Sequence record: KF766125
Reading direction: 5' to 3' (one strand)
Length of the DNA stretch: 60,875 nucleotides
From: Shigella phage 75/02 Stx
Part shown: piece after piece, positions 47,985 through 58,996 of the stretch
How the letters are laid out: the number at the start of each line of letters is the position of its first letter
How positions within the stretch are numbered: position 1 is the stretch's first letter
Program-made: the position numbers and the translations under genes
The notes under the pieces: model-generated
Seen by the model: only the letters and a program-made list of their open reading frames with translations
Databases searched by the model: none
What the model was told of the DNA's origin: nothing

Positions 47985-50900
47985 ATGGCCTATTCAGAGG
48001 AACAGCGTCCTGAGGCGCAACTCGGTAACCAGAATCGTAACAGCCTGAACATTCAGCAACCCGGCGAAACTGACAGCTATGAAGCATTTTTCTCTGATCC
48101 GAATCGCTGGAAGGATAACAGTACGTCGTTCAGCCTGGGCGATGTATTGCCAACAATGGGTAAAGGTTTCGCCCAGTCCGTCCGGGGAACAGGGGAAATG
48201 GCCCGTGGACTCGGTGATGCGATGATTCAGAGCCCGGTAAAAACAGGGGCGCGTATTTTAAATGAGTTCAGCCGTATGGGGCTGCCGGGTGTCGCAACTG
48301 TGCAGGATATTTTTGCCGGTGGCAGCAGGGGGGCTGATGAGGTCATCGATACCCTGCCTGATGGCAAAAACGCGGTTACTGATACTGTCGGTAAAGGTCT
48401 GAAGGCAACCGGTAAGGCTGTCAGTGATGGTGCTGAAGCCACTGATGAATGGCTGACCGGTAAGATGTCGCCGGGTGCAGTTCGTGCGCTGAATACGCCG
48501 ATGACCGAAGGCTATGATGATTCTGCGGTCTGGGTGGCGAAGGGTGTAAACCTGATTGGTGCGCTTGTACCTGATATGGTTGCTGGCGGTGTGGCTAAAA
48601 AGGTGGGTGATGTCACACTGCGAAAAATGCTGACCGCCGGGCTGGAGAAAAAATACATCGCGGCAGGGATGCAGCCGGAAAGAGCCACGGCACTGGCAGC
48701 AGAAGCTGTCGATAAAAAAATGCCGGATTTATTCCAGGCGGGCCTGATCACCCATTCCACAGCCAGTGCACAGGGGCAGAGTGCAATGGCGGCAGCAGAT
48801 GCTGTTCTTAATGCGGATTACTCTGAGCTGGCGCAGTCACCGAAATTTCAGCAGACGTTTTTGTCCATTGACGCCGACCCGCAGCACGCACAGCTTACTG
48901 ATCGCCAGAAAATGGATCTGGCAAAAGAGCGTGTTGCCGATGAGGTGCGCGCGCAGCTGGCAACCGATCCTGAATTGCTGGCTGTGAATGCCATGGCGGC
49001 AAAACTGGGTGACGCACAACTGTTTAATCTGGTGACACGAGGCACAGCGAAGACCGTTAAAAGCGGCATTGTCAGAAATGCCACGGAACAGGGGGCGATT
49101 AATGCGGCGCAGGGCGGCTATTCACGCTATCAGGAAAACACGGCATTGCGTGAGACCGCCGGAATGGATGTGTCACCGTGGGAGGGCGTGGCTGACGCAA
49201 CGATCGAAGGTGCAGCCTTTGGTGCTGCGATGGGGGCTCCATCCGGTGCGGTTGCCGGATATCGTGGCAGACGTCAGGCCGCAGAAGAAGCAGCCATGCG
49301 TGATGCTGAAACCGTGCAGCAGGACGACGCAGCCCCGCAACCAGAATCTGTTGATCCGGTGGCGCAGCATCGTGAATCCATGCAGGGGATGAATCGCGAG
49401 CAGCTTCTGGAGCAGTATGCTGATGCGGATATGGCAACAGAGGGGGACGCATCCGCAGCTCATCGCCGGGAAGCTGCCAGCCAGTTGTTGAATGAACTGG
49501 ACGAACAGGCGAAGCGACAGGCTGTGATGAATGAGCTGAAGGCGAAGCCGCGTTCTGAACTGCTTGAGGAATACCGCAGACTCAGCCAGAAAGAGGAGCG
49601 CACCGAGACTGAAGAACAACAGTTTCAGGCAATACGAGAAGTCATTCGCCCACAACAGGAAGTGACGCCGGAAGCACAGTCACAGCCTGAAAATGCGGAG
49701 GATGGTAACGGGAGCATTTACCCGACGGTGCGGTTCCGGGACCCGAATGAAGTCCGCATTGAAATTAACGGGAATGGTGCGTCCAGACCAGCGGAACGCA
49801 TTGAAAAGGTGCGCCCGGACAACCGTTATTTCACGGATGAGAAAAGCGCCATGGGGAGTGATGTTTTCCGTAATGCCGCCGCCACCGGCCTGAAACCGTC
49901 CGTAGTGAAGAAAGGCGAGACTCAATATGCTGTTGAAATGGATAATCCTGCGTTCTCTGAAGATGTGGCAACGGAAACCATTAACACCCTGGCTGACGGA
50001 GAGCGTATTGCTGATGCTGACCCGATGGAGCAGCCCGCGTTCATGCGTGACCCACGATTCCGTGGTTTCACGGGGGATGATACGGAGGTACAGGCCCGCC
50101 TTGCCCGTGGCAACGTGCCGACGGCAGAGGAGCTTGTACGTTCACAGATGGCTGAAGGTGATGCCGGTCCGACAGCACAGGAGTTAACTGAGCGTCCACG
50201 CCTGCCCGCTCCCGGCGATATTCATCCCGGACAGGGATATCCGTTACCGGGAGAGGTGGCGCGTACGCCGGATGAGAATCAGGCAGGACGTGGTGGTCGT
50301 TTTACCACAACCGGTGAGGTTAAGGGCCAGAGTTTCCAGAAAGGACAAGCTCTGGCACCGGAAAACGCCGCTGGTCGCCAGGGGGAAACACTCGAGGGTG
50401 AAATGGTTCGTCGTGGTCTGCCGTCACCGGATGCGCAGAACGCGACAGCACCGGTACGTGAAGGGCTACCGGCTCCGGACATTACACACAATGTCCGTAT
50501 GCCTCAGCCTGATCAGCTTCCCCGAACTGTTCGTAACTCATTGCCTGAGCTCGCACAGCAGGCAGAAGTACGTCGACAGGCCGGAGGAAATCGTGACATC
50601 CCGCAGCCTGAGACAATCGCACCTGAATCTGAAACAACAGTCGCTACTGACAGGGAAGCTACCGTGCGCGGAGGTGAAGTCAGGGGCAAAAAAATTGAAG
50701 ACTTTGGTGAAGAAATTAAGGGCGCGGCAAAACACCGTTATGCACAGCTTGCTGAAACACTGGGTAAAACGCTGGAAGACAGGGATTATGTCACGCAACC
50801 GCTGAGCAAACTGTTCCCGAAACCGGACTACGCAAAACTGGCGAGCGAAGGGGCTGATGCTGACACCCTGGCAATGATAGCGCTGTATCGTAGCGATATT

Positions 50901-53900
50901 CCGGTGAAGACGAAACACAATACGGCAGGCTGGGGGGAGAGCGTAAAAAAAGTACGACACAGTGTATCGGAAATGCTGAACGGAACGGTCAGCGCGAAAC
51001 GCCTCGCAGAATGGATGGAAGGCAGAATGCCCTCCCGTTACGCGGACACCTGGCAACTGTTACGCACTCTGCCACCCTCACAGATGGACAAGGCTTCTGC
51101 TTATCGGGTGGTATCGGGTGTGTATCAGGCGGCAGGAGGGAAGCGTTACGATCCGCCACAGAAACTTTATTCACTGCGCAATAAGGACAATAAGGGGAGT
51201 AACCTCTTTTTCTCGGAAAGCAGGGATGAATTACTGGCAAAGGCGAAAGTCTGGTTTGCAGAGCAGGAGGAAAAATCACAGGCGAAAGGTGATGAAAAAA
51301 CAGCACCGTCTCCGGATGACAAAATCCGCTTTGACGTTTACCGGAATACCCGCAGTGGCGATATTTTTATCGCTTACGGTAAAAACAAAATGCGGGTGAG
51401 AGGTGGCTTTAAGTCAGCCAGTGATGCGCGTAAGTACATTGATTTACATCGTGATGAGCTTGTTCGTCATGTGAAGGAGATGCGGGAGATTTCGCGTGAG
51501 GAGCAGCGCAACGCCACCAACCGCGACCGTACCGGACCAGAACGCCGCAAGGGGGATGTTTCACCGGAGCAGTTCAGTGATGCGTTTGGTTTTCGTGGTG
51601 TGCAGTTTGGTAATTATGTGGAAAGTCCGCGTCGTCAGGCTGATTTGAACCGGGCTTATGACTCGCTGCATGACCTGGCTGACGTGCTGAATGTACCGAC
51701 AAAAGCGCTTTCTCTGAACGGTCGTCTTGGGCTTGCTTTTGGTGCCCGTGGTAAGGGTAAGGCGGCGGCACACTATGAGTCAGGTGAGGTGGCAATCAAC
51801 CTGACAAAAGGTAACGGACCGGGTGCGCTGGCGCACGAATGGTTCCATTCTCTGGATAATTATTTTGGTCGTTATGACGTTTCCAGTGACGGGAAAATTA
51901 CGTCAGGTGGCGACTTTATGACGGAAGCACAGCGTGTCAGGCGCATATTTAAAGACGGCAGGTATGTTGATGCTGAATATCCGGTACGTCAGGAGGTTTA
52001 CGACGCTTTTAAAGGTGTGATTCAGGCCATTAAAAACAGTGACATGCCGCGTCGTTCAGCGCTTCTTGATGAGGTGCGCTCAAAACCGTACTGGTCAACG
52101 GATGTTGAAATGGCGGCACGTGCCTTTGAGCGTTATGTTCAGGATAAGGCGCGTATGGCTGGCGTGGAGAATGATTATCTGGTCAATATCCGTAAGGCAC
52201 CTGAGCACAACACAGATAACACCTACGCTTATCCGACGAATGCGGAACTGGATGGCGGTATTCGTGAGGCATTCGATCACCTGTTCCGCACCCTGAAAAC
52301 CCGTGAGACGGACAAGGGCGTTGCGTTTTATTCCCGTAAGGGCATGACCCGCACACCTGAAGGTAATCTCATTTCGGATGTTAACCGTAGTGCGGAAGCC
52401 AAAGGCAGCCCGGTCCCGCAGGTTGAAGCGGTTGCCCGTGGCGTGATGAGCGGCATTAAGGACAGTGACCTGACGGTCCGTGTGGTGAAGTCACAGAAAG
52501 AGGCTGAAGCGCTGGCGGGTGAATCGTTCGACGGTTACGGCAGGGTGCACGCATTCTATCGTCCGGATAAACGAGAAATTGTCCTGGTGGCGGATAACAT
52601 CCCTGACGGGCAGACCGTACGCGAGAAGTTGCGTCACGAGATTATCCACCATGCCATGGAGCATGTTGTCACGCCAGCGGAATATCAGACGATTATCAAA
52701 ACCGTGCTGAAAACCCGCGACAGTGATAACGCCACCATCCGTGAAGCCTGGCGTAAGGTTGATGCGTCCTATGGTAAGGAATCACCGGAAGTACAGGCGG
52801 GTGAATTTCTGGCACATATGGCGGAGAAACAGCCGAATAAATTCGTGGCGGCATGGGAGCGTGTTGTTGCCCTGGTCAAAGGGGTACTGCGTCGTACGGG
52901 GTTACTGAAGCCGACGGAACTGAACGATATCAGACTTGTTCGCGAGACCATCCGTACGTTAGGCCAGCGTGTGCGGGAAGGTTACACGCCGCGTGAGGAT
53001 GGCGTGGGCGCATCGTCTCAGTACTCCCGTAGTGGTAAGCCTGATCCGTTCAAAGTGCCGGAAGGTGAGGGTGAACGTTATCGCGATGACCTTGCCAGAA
53101 TGATGAAATCTCTGCGTACCACAGATTTAACGGTAAACATCGGGCGTACGCCGCCGGTATTGCGTCACCTTGGTGCACCGGATTTGCCGCTGGTTATTTC
53201 CCGCGATACTGTGCGGAAGGCCACCAATGGTGTGAAACATGTGGTGCCGATGGATGTTATCGAGAGACTACCGGAACTGATGCACGATCCGGATGCAATT
53301 TACCGCTCAGCGACAGAAAGAAATGCGGTTGTGATGCTGCTTGATGCCGTGGATAAAAATGGTGATCCGGTAGTGTCTGCGGTGCATATGAAGGCAACCC
53401 AAAAACTTCTGGAAGTTAACCGTATTGCTTCTGTTTACGGAACGGAAAACGGGAAAAAACTGAAGAGTATGGAAACGGCTGGCTTAACATTATACAGGAG
53501 AGAAAAACTAAACCCTGATGGTTCTCTGTACAGAGGGCTCCAATTGCCCAAAGATGAGCACTCCCGTCAGGGTTCTGCGGATAAAATACTCTATCCTGAA
53601 GATATTCGCAAGGGGCCGTATTACTCCCGTACCAGCAGTCTGACACCGGAAGAGACAATTGCATCGCGTTTTGTGCGCCAGATGCAGGATAAATTCCAGG
53701 TGCTGAAAGCTGTTCAGGAGAATATCCGTAAAACTGGTGGAAAAATAGACGACAGTAACAACGCTTATATGGCGGAAGAACTCTTCCACGGGAAGGCGGA
53801 AAACGACCTGAACGTGATGAAGGAGCGCTACGTTCAGCCACTGGCTAAATTACTGGCGGACTACAAAATTGCGCAGGCCGATCTGGATGAGTACCTCTAC

Positions 53901-56366
53901 GCCCGTCACGCGCCGGAACGTAACGCGCATATCGCGAAAATCAACCCGAAAATGCCGGACGGCGGTTCGGGGATGACCAACGCGGAGGCGGCGGAAATCA
54001 TGCAGCGTGTACGTAACAGCGGCAAACAGGCACAGTATGACCGTCTGGCAGGGATTGTTGACGATATGCTGGCCCGTCGCCGTGAGCTTATCCGTGAGGC
54101 AGGACTGGAAGAGAGCGGCGTGGTGGATGCCTGGCAGAAAGCCTACCGTTACTACGTTCCCCTGAAAGGGCAGGATGTTGACGGTGTGGTGTCACTGCCA
54201 CGTACAGGCAAGGGATTCACCATCGGCGGGCGTGAAAGTAAGCAGGCCATGGGGCGCGCATCCCGCGCACAGTCTCCTTCCACTCAGGCGATACAGGATT
54301 TGAGCGAATCACTGATCCGCAATCGCAAAAATGAAGTGGGTAACGCCTTCCTGAAACTGGTACAGGATAATCCCGACAAGGATTACTGGCAGGTATTCAC
54401 CGATGACAGACCGGATACCATGCGGACGATTGCAGAGCGCAAGGACCAGGAAACTGGTGAAACCATTCGCGAAGTTGTCGAACGCCCTGTACCGATGGCA
54501 ATGATGGCAGACCGGTACTTCACCACCAAAAAGAACGGCAAAACGTACTACATCAAACTCCATGATCCGCGCCTGATGCGTGCGATGAAGAATATGGGAC
54601 CGGAAACCAGTAACGCCGTAATCCGCACGCTGGGGAAAGTTAACCGCTTCCTGGCAACGGTGAACACGTCGTATAACCCGGAATTCCTGGTCAGTAACTT
54701 CATCCGTGACGTACAGACGGCGGTGATGAACCTGAAGGCGGAGCAGGGAAGGAGCGACGGCAAACTGAAAGGGCTGGATAACTTATCCGCACTGGCTGTG
54801 GTGAAAGACAGTCGGTCTGCCATGTCTGCCGTATACGCCAGTCTGCGTGGTAAAACCCTCACGGGCAACGGTGCGCAGTGGCAGAAGGTGTGGAAAGAGT
54901 TTGTTGAGGACGGAGGTAAAACCGGCTGGTTTAACATGGGTGACCTTGAAGGCCAGCAGAAGGAAATGGATCGCCTTGTATCGCTGGCGAAGGGAGGATG
55001 GAAAGGCCAGAGTATCGGTGCATGGAATTCGTTCCTTAACCTTGTCGAGGATGCCAACGGGGCGGTTGAAAACGCTCTGCGTCTTTCTGCCTATAAACAC
55101 GCCCGTGATGCCGGTTTGTCACGCCAGCAGGCGGCGTCTCTTGCCAAAAACATGACGGTGAACTTTAACCGTCGTGGTGAGCAGGGGGCGCTGATGAACT
55201 CGCTGTACATGTTCGCCAACGCCAGTATTCAGGGAACGGCAAATCTGGTGAGAACGCTCGGACATCTTAATGGTGAGGGACCTTTACTGGAGCGCCTTCG
55301 CTGGAAGAATCTGAATGTTCCGCAGAAAATCGCGCTTGCCGCTGTGGGAGCGGGTTATCTGCTTGGCTCGCTTAACCGCAGCGTGGCGGGTGAGGATGAT
55401 GACGGGGTTAACTGGTATGACAAAGTACCGTCTCATGTGAAAGAGCGTAACCTCGTCATTATGAAATCGGTGTTCGGGGGCAAGGCCGGAGAGTACTGGA
55501 GTATTCCTCTGCCTTACGGGTACAACGTTTTCTTCCTGCTTGGTCACACAGCCGAAGGGGTGGCAGCGGGCGACCTGACCGCTTCACGTGCTGCCGGTAA
55601 TGTTGTTGGTGGTGTGCTTGGGGCATTCAGTCCTGTGGGCAGTGAAACGTCGGAAACACTGTCCGGGGCATTGCTGAAAAATGCAGCGCCGACCATTCTG
55701 CGTCCGTTTGCGAACCTTGCCATGAATGAAAACTTCATGGGGGCGCAGATTTACCAGGAGAACATGCCGTTTGGTACACCAAAACCTGACAGCCAGCTGG
55801 GAAGACATTCAACGCCAGAAGCGTACAAGGCGTTTGCATCCTGGCTGAATGCGTTCTCAGGTGGCAGCCAGTACCGTCCCGGCGCGGTGGATATCACACC
55901 GGAATCGCTGAAATTCTGGATTGACTATATCTCCGGAGGGACAGGGCGCTTCATTTCCAAAACCACGGATGCGGCGGTGAAATCGCTGAATGGTATTGAT
56001 ATACCGGAACAGCAGGTGCCCTTCCTGGGGAAAATTTCGGGTGAGGTGATGCCGTATGCAGACCAGCAGAAGATGTACGACCGGATGACAGAGGTTGCGC
56101 AGTATCACGCAGAGCTGAAGAGTCTGACCGGTGCAGAAAGAACGGCGTTCATTGACGAGAACAACGGAAAATTGTCGATGAACGGGCTTATGCAGGATAC
56201 CCGGAAGAGACTGAAGGATTTGCGCAAACAGCGCGATGCCATTTATGCCGACAGTTCTCTCAGTCTGGCGCAGCAGGCGGCGATGGTGAAATCGGTAGAG
56301 CGGGATATGAAGGTTGCCGTGGATCGGTTTAACCGCGAGTACAACAAAAAAGTGGGAGTGGATTAA
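47985..56366 (+). CDS. Giant virion-associated protein (2793 aa) with two HExxH motifs
   Basis: Uninterrupted 8.4-kb ORF from the ATG at 47985; HEWFH (about 51835-51849) and HEIIH (about 52635-52649); Gly-rich hydrophobic segments near C-terminus. Confidence 0.85.
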   Translation: MAYSEEQRPEAQLGNQNRNSLNIQQPGETDSYEAFFSDPNRWKDNSTSFSLGDVLPTMGKGFAQSVRGTGEMARGLGDAMIQSPVKTGARILNEFSRMGLPGVATVQDIFAGGSRGADEVIDTLPDGKNAVTDTVGKGLKATGKAVSDGAEATDEWLTGKMSPGAVRALNTPMTEGYDDSAVWVAKGVNLIGALVPDMVAGGVAKKVGDVTLRKMLTAGLEKKYIAAGMQPERATALAAEAVDKKMPDLFQAGLITHSTASAQGQSAMAAADAVLNADYSELAQSPKFQQTFLSIDADPQHAQLTDRQKMDLAKERVADEVRAQLATDPELLAVNAMAAKLGDAQLFNLVTRGTAKTVKSGIVRNATEQGAINAAQGGYSRYQENTALRETAGMDVSPWEGVADATIEGAAFGAAMGAPSGAVAGYRGRRQAAEEAAMRDAETVQQDDAAPQPESVDPVAQHRESMQGMNREQLLEQYADADMATEGDASAAHRREAASQLLNELDEQAKRQAVMNELKAKPRSELLEEYRRLSQKEERTETEEQQFQAIREVIRPQQEVTPEAQSQPENAEDGNGSIYPTVRFRDPNEVRIEINGNGASRPAERIEKVRPDNRYFTDEKSAMGSDVFRNAAATGLKPSVVKKGETQYAVEMDNPAFSEDVATETINTLADGERIADADPMEQPAFMRDPRFRGFTGDDTEVQARLARGNVPTAEELVRSQMAEGDAGPTAQELTERPRLPAPGDIHPGQGYPLPGEVARTPDENQAGRGGRFTTTGEVKGQSFQKGQALAPENAAGRQGETLEGEMVRRGLPSPDAQNATAPVREGLPAPDITHNVRMPQPDQLPRTVRNSLPELAQQAEVRRQAGGNRDIPQPETIAPESETTVATDREATVRGGEVRGKKIEDFGEEIKGAAKHRYAQLAETLGKTLEDRDYVTQPLSKLFPKPDYAKLASEGADADTLAMIALYRSDIPVKTKHNTAGWGESVKKVRHSVSEMLNGTVSAKRLAEWMEGRMPSRYADTWQLLRTLPPSQMDKASAYRVVSGVYQAAGGKRYDPPQKLYSLRNKDNKGSNLFFSESRDELLAKAKVWFAEQEEKSQAKGDEKTAPSPDDKIRFDVYRNTRSGDIFIAYGKNKMRVRGGFKSASDARKYIDLHRDELVRHVKEMREISREEQRNATNRDRTGPERRKGDVSPEQFSDAFGFRGVQFGNYVESPRRQADLNRAYDSLHDLADVLNVPTKALSLNGRLGLAFGARGKGKAAAHYESGEVAINLTKGNGPGALAHEWFHSLDNYFGRYDVSSDGKITSGGDFMTEAQRVRRIFKDGRYVDAEYPVRQEVYDAFKGVIQAIKNSDMPRRSALLDEVRSKPYWSTDVEMAARAFERYVQDKARMAGVENDYLVNIRKAPEHNTDNTYAYPTNAELDGGIREAFDHLFRTLKTRETDKGVAFYSRKGMTRTPEGNLISDVNRSAEAKGSPVPQVEAVARGVMSGIKDSDLTVRVVKSQKEAEALAGESFDGYGRVHAFYRPDKREIVLVADNIPDGQTVREKLRHEIIHHAMEHVVTPAEYQTIIKTVLKTRDSDNATIREAWRKVDASYGKESPEVQAGEFLAHMAEKQPNKFVAAWERVVALVKGVLRRTGLLKPTELNDIRLVRETIRTLGQRVREGYTPREDGVGASSQYSRSGKPDPFKVPEGEGERYRDDLARMMKSLRTTDLTVNIGRTPPVLRHLGAPDLPLVISRDTVRKATNGVKHVVPMDVIERLPELMHDPDAIYRSATERNAVVMLLDAVDKNGDPVVSAVHMKATQKLLEVNRIASVYGTENGKKLKSMETAGLTLYRREKLNPDGSLYRGLQLPKDEHSRQGSADKILYPEDIRKGPYYSRTSSLTPEETIASRFVRQMQDKFQVLKAVQENIRKTGGKIDDSNNAYMAEELFHGKAENDLNVMKERYVQPLAKLLADYKIAQADLDEYLYARHAPERNAHIAKINPKMPDGGSGMTNAEAAEIMQRVRNSGKQAQYDRLAGIVDDMLARRRELIREAGLEESGVVDAWQKAYRYYVPLKGQDVDGVVSLPRTGKGFTIGGRESKQAMGRASRAQSPSTQAIQDLSESLIRNRKNEVGNAFLKLVQDNPDKDYWQVFTDDRPDTMRTIAERKDQETGETIREVVERPVPMAMMADRYFTTKKNGKTYYIKLHDPRLMRAMKNMGPETSNAVIRTLGKVNRFLATVNTSYNPEFLVSNFIRDVQTAVMNLKAEQGRSDGKLKGLDNLSALAVVKDSRSAMSAVYASLRGKTLTGNGAQWQKVWKEFVEDGGKTGWFNMGDLEGQQKEMDRLVSLAKGGWKGQSIGAWNSFLNLVEDANGAVENALRLSAYKHARDAGLSRQQAASLAKNMTVNFNRRGEQGALMNSLYMFANASIQGTANLVRTLGHLNGEGPLLERLRWKNLNVPQKIALAAVGAGYLLGSLNRSVAGEDDDGVNWYDKVPSHVKERNLVIMKSVFGGKAGEYWSIPLPYGYNVFFLLGHTAEGVAAGDLTASRAAGNVVGGVLGAFSPVGSETSETLSGALLKNAAPTILRPFANLAMNENFMGAQIYQENMPFGTPKPDSQLGRHSTPEAYKAFASWLNAFSGGSQYRPGAVDITPESLKFWIDYISGGTGRFISKTTDAAVKSLNGIDIPEQQVPFLGKISGEVMPYADQQKMYDRMTEVAQYHAELKSLTGAERTAFIDENNGKLSMNGLMQDTRKRLKDLRKQRDAIYADSSLSLAQQAAMVKSVERDMKVAVDRFNREYNKKVGVD

Positions 56367-56757
56367 CAGAAATGGCCCCGTACGGAAGTGCGGGGCTGAT
56401 TAAGAAATAAACACACATTAACCTGTAATAACCGGAGCTATTAACATATAGTCAGAAAGAGTATTTCATGTGAGACAGAGAGCCGATTTATGTTTAATGA
56501 AGAAAAAGTTGCGCAAATGGCAGCGTATTTGCTGAAAAAGCATGGCGGATCTATGCGTTTCATTAAGCTGATGTATCTCTCTGACCGCAAAGCAATGGAG
56601 TCTTTAACCGGGAAGGGGAGAGGTTTGAATGCTCCCCCACAATTCCCCGGCATCAAATCTCCATGCAGGTGAACTATTTTACCCCCAGCGGCAAATCGCA
56701 AAACAATCAGTGCGATCGAAATGGCAGCCACTACAATTGCAAATGCTTCAGGCTAGG

Positions 56758-57261
56758 TCATTGGCGTACCTCCTTTGGCGGTTCTGGTAGCGGCATCCAG
56801 AACAAGGCATTCCCTAACCACGATAAAGTGCCGTCGCTCAACTCCACGTATTCCCCTTGTACCTGTCCTGCCATATACTCGCCGTGCTTTGAATAAATTA
56901 AAATCCAATCATCTTGAGCGGGCATTCGCGCACTACAGCTTATCCAACCATCCGGAGTTACCGGCACTGGCTGAGCGGTATAAAGCGGTGTTATATCTGC
57001 CCGAAAATTACATGCTTTATGCAGCCGCACCCACCGTTCGACTTCTGCTTTGTCAGGATACATACCAGTGAACGTGTTATATTCACGGTCAATTTGCGTG
57101 AAGGTTATCTTCCACGCCACCGGCTCTGCCTCAAGCGATGCCAGTGCAATTCGTGCCAGTTCTTCCGCTTCTTCTGCTGGCAGTACAACGTTGCTACCAG
57201 GTCCGTATGTTTCGCGCCACTGCTTGATTGTCAGTAGTCGCTCTTTGGTAATAGTGATCAT
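56758..57261 (-). CDS. DUF551-like phage protein
   Basis: C-terminal WISCSARMPAQDDWILIYSKHGEY...WMPLPEPP. Confidence 0.65.
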   Translation of the reverse strand: MITITKERLLTIKQWRETYGPGSNVVLPAEEAEELARIALASLEAEPVAWKITFTQIDREYNTFTGMYPDKAEVERWVRLHKACNFRADITPLYTAQPVPVTPDGWISCSARMPAQDDWILIYSKHGEYMAGQVQGEYVELSDGTLSWLGNALFWMPLPEPPKEVRQ

Positions 57262-57773
57262 GCCGCGTTTCCTTCTTTCTTATTAACAATTACACCGTCA
57301 TATATTTCATTAAGGTGCCCTCTCAACTCCATGCGCCTTAATGCAGATAACATGTAATCGCATTCAACCTGCTTATTCCCAATAAAAGGTTTATCTTCAG
57401 GGTTACCCCAACAGCAATTCCCCTTGGGCCATCCATGTACTTTCCGTACTCTTCCGTTAACAACGTGAAGTAATCCCCAGCCAGGTGGTAAATCCTCAAT
57501 TGAAATAATTCCCGGCTCACTAATAAAGAATCGCCAGTCGCCCATTCCAAGAGACGGATTTTTACGAAAACGCTTTTTTCTATCTGCCAACAAGTCAGCA
57601 CGAGAACATTTCGCCTCTATCAGGCATGATGCTGAATTTCTGAATCCCATAGCATCTGGCTGTTCTCCGGTACTGGTTACAGCTATAAAGCGGTCATGAA
57701 AACAAACCTTGAACCCGTTGCGCTTAAGGAACTTGTACGCAATCTGACAGAGTTCGCGGTGTGTTAACGCCAT
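57258..57773 (-). CDS. Hypothetical protein with PD-(D/E)xK-like motif
   Basis: Internal Met with AAGGAG SD; ...GEQPDAMGF...SCLIEAKCSRAD resembles the PD...E-x-K nuclease core. Confidence 0.55.
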   Translation of the reverse strand: MALTHRELCQIAYKFLKRNGFKVCFHDRFIAVTSTGEQPDAMGFRNSASCLIEAKCSRADLLADRKKRFRKNPSLGMGDWRFFISEPGIISIEDLPPGWGLLHVVNGRVRKVHGWPKGNCCWGNPEDKPFIGNKQVECDYMLSALRRMELRGHLNEIYDGVIVNKKEGNAA

Positions 57774-57774
57774 A

Positions 57775-58725
57775 TCACTCTCCTTTGATGCGAATGCCTG
57801 CAAGCCAGTTTCTTATGCCGATATATTCAGCGTTCCGGAAACCGCTTTTTACATATATAAATGGCAAGCGAAGATTGTGACCATTGACTGCCAGGTAGTC
57901 TTTACAACCCTGTTCGGTGAAACAGCAGGTAACGAATTCATCAATATCTTTCACAGCAACGCGCCGCCATTTTTCTGGTGGCTCTCGAAAGTTTTCATGA
58001 AGTAGCTCGAGACGACGACTATGGCGTTTATTGGCTTCATTGCCATCTTCGTCAACCCAGACAATCCGGTCATGGTCATAATCAGCATCAACAACGATTT
58101 CGCGCTTTTGATACACACAAAACATGGGATCTGACGTTATTCGATTGTCCTGTGTTCGAATATTTTCACCGATGATGCCAAACGAATCTGGTGCAGATTT
58201 TGTCTGCATCTCTTCGATACGTTCAGCCATCGCAGCACACTCTTCAAAGTTGCTTAATGCTTTTCGCTCCCATTCGGCGCATTGTTTTTCCAGTTCTGCT
58301 ATGCGCTTACTTCCATCCGCGATTACTCCCTCGTAATATTCACGCTGCTCGTTGAGTTTTGATTTTGCTGCTTCAAGCTCAACGCGCAGCTTCCCTACCG
58401 TAAGCGCAATATCCTCGTTCTCCTGGTCGCGGCGTTTGATGTATTGCTGGTTTCTTTCCCGTTCATCCAGCAGTGCCAGCACGGTAGCCGGATTGGCTGC
58501 GGCGATGAATTCAGCATTGGCCTGCTGTTCCATTTGGAAATCTTCATCGAAACCGCTTTCAGGATGTGCTCCTTCAATTCTGCAAATGGGAATATATCCA
58601 GCAGCCTCGCGATGAATTAGTGCATCATCACCATCAAATCGGTTCTCTCCATATTCGAGCGACCACTCACCACGCGTTGCTTTTTCTGCCTTTTCACGCA
58701 GTACCTGATAGTTAATCTCGCTCAT
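57775..58725 (-). CDS. ead/Ea22-like protein
   Basis: Coiled-coil middle region and C-terminal domain reminiscent of lambda Ea22-like proteins. Confidence 0.65.
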   Translation of the reverse strand: MSEINYQVLREKAEKATRGEWSLEYGENRFDGDDALIHREAAGYIPICRIEGAHPESGFDEDFQMEQQANAEFIAAANPATVLALLDERERNQQYIKRRDQENEDIALTVGKLRVELEAAKSKLNEQREYYEGVIADGSKRIAELEKQCAEWERKALSNFEECAAMAERIEEMQTKSAPDSFGIIGENIRTQDNRITSDPMFCVYQKREIVVDADYDHDRIVWVDEDGNEANKRHSRRLELLHENFREPPEKWRRVAVKDIDEFVTCCFTEQGCKDYLAVNGHNLRLPFIYVKSGFRNAEYIGIRNWLAGIRIKGE

Positions 58726-58996
58726 TTTTCTCTTCGCTCCGGTATACAAGAATTACAACGTCACCTCTGCTAATTACGCGAGCTGGATCTCCTGGCTCCA
58801 TGCTGTCAATCCCGAAGGCTTCGGAAAACGCATTCATTGCCTTCTGGCGTTGATCCTGCTTACGGCATTTATTCCATTTTTTCAGTAACAACAGCGATAG
58901 CCACCGCCCGGCGCAGAACATAATGTAAAAATAACCAAGAAGCGCCAGACCTGTGTTGAGGGCCGTATCGATCGTTATAGTGGTGTCTATGCTCAC
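58712..58996 (-). CDS. Hypothetical small membrane protein
   Basis: 94-aa ORF with N-terminal hydrophobic segment; coupled to neighbours. Confidence 0.4.
   Translation of the reverse strand: MSIDTTITIDTALNTGLALLGYFYIMFCAGRWLSLLLLKKWNKCRKQDQRQKAMNAFSEAFGIDSMEPGDPARVISRGDVVILVYRSEEKNERD

Noticed and set aside
50538-51056. 172-aa minus-strand ORF inside the giant gene
   Set aside because: Antisense to the continuous 8.4-kb ORF, no start signals, biased composition
56490-56672. 60-aa ORF whose N-terminus loosely resembles the start of Panacea/DUF4065-type proteins
   Set aside because: Too short to carry the domain and no continuation in another frame; resemblance is weak and from memory, at most a gene remnant
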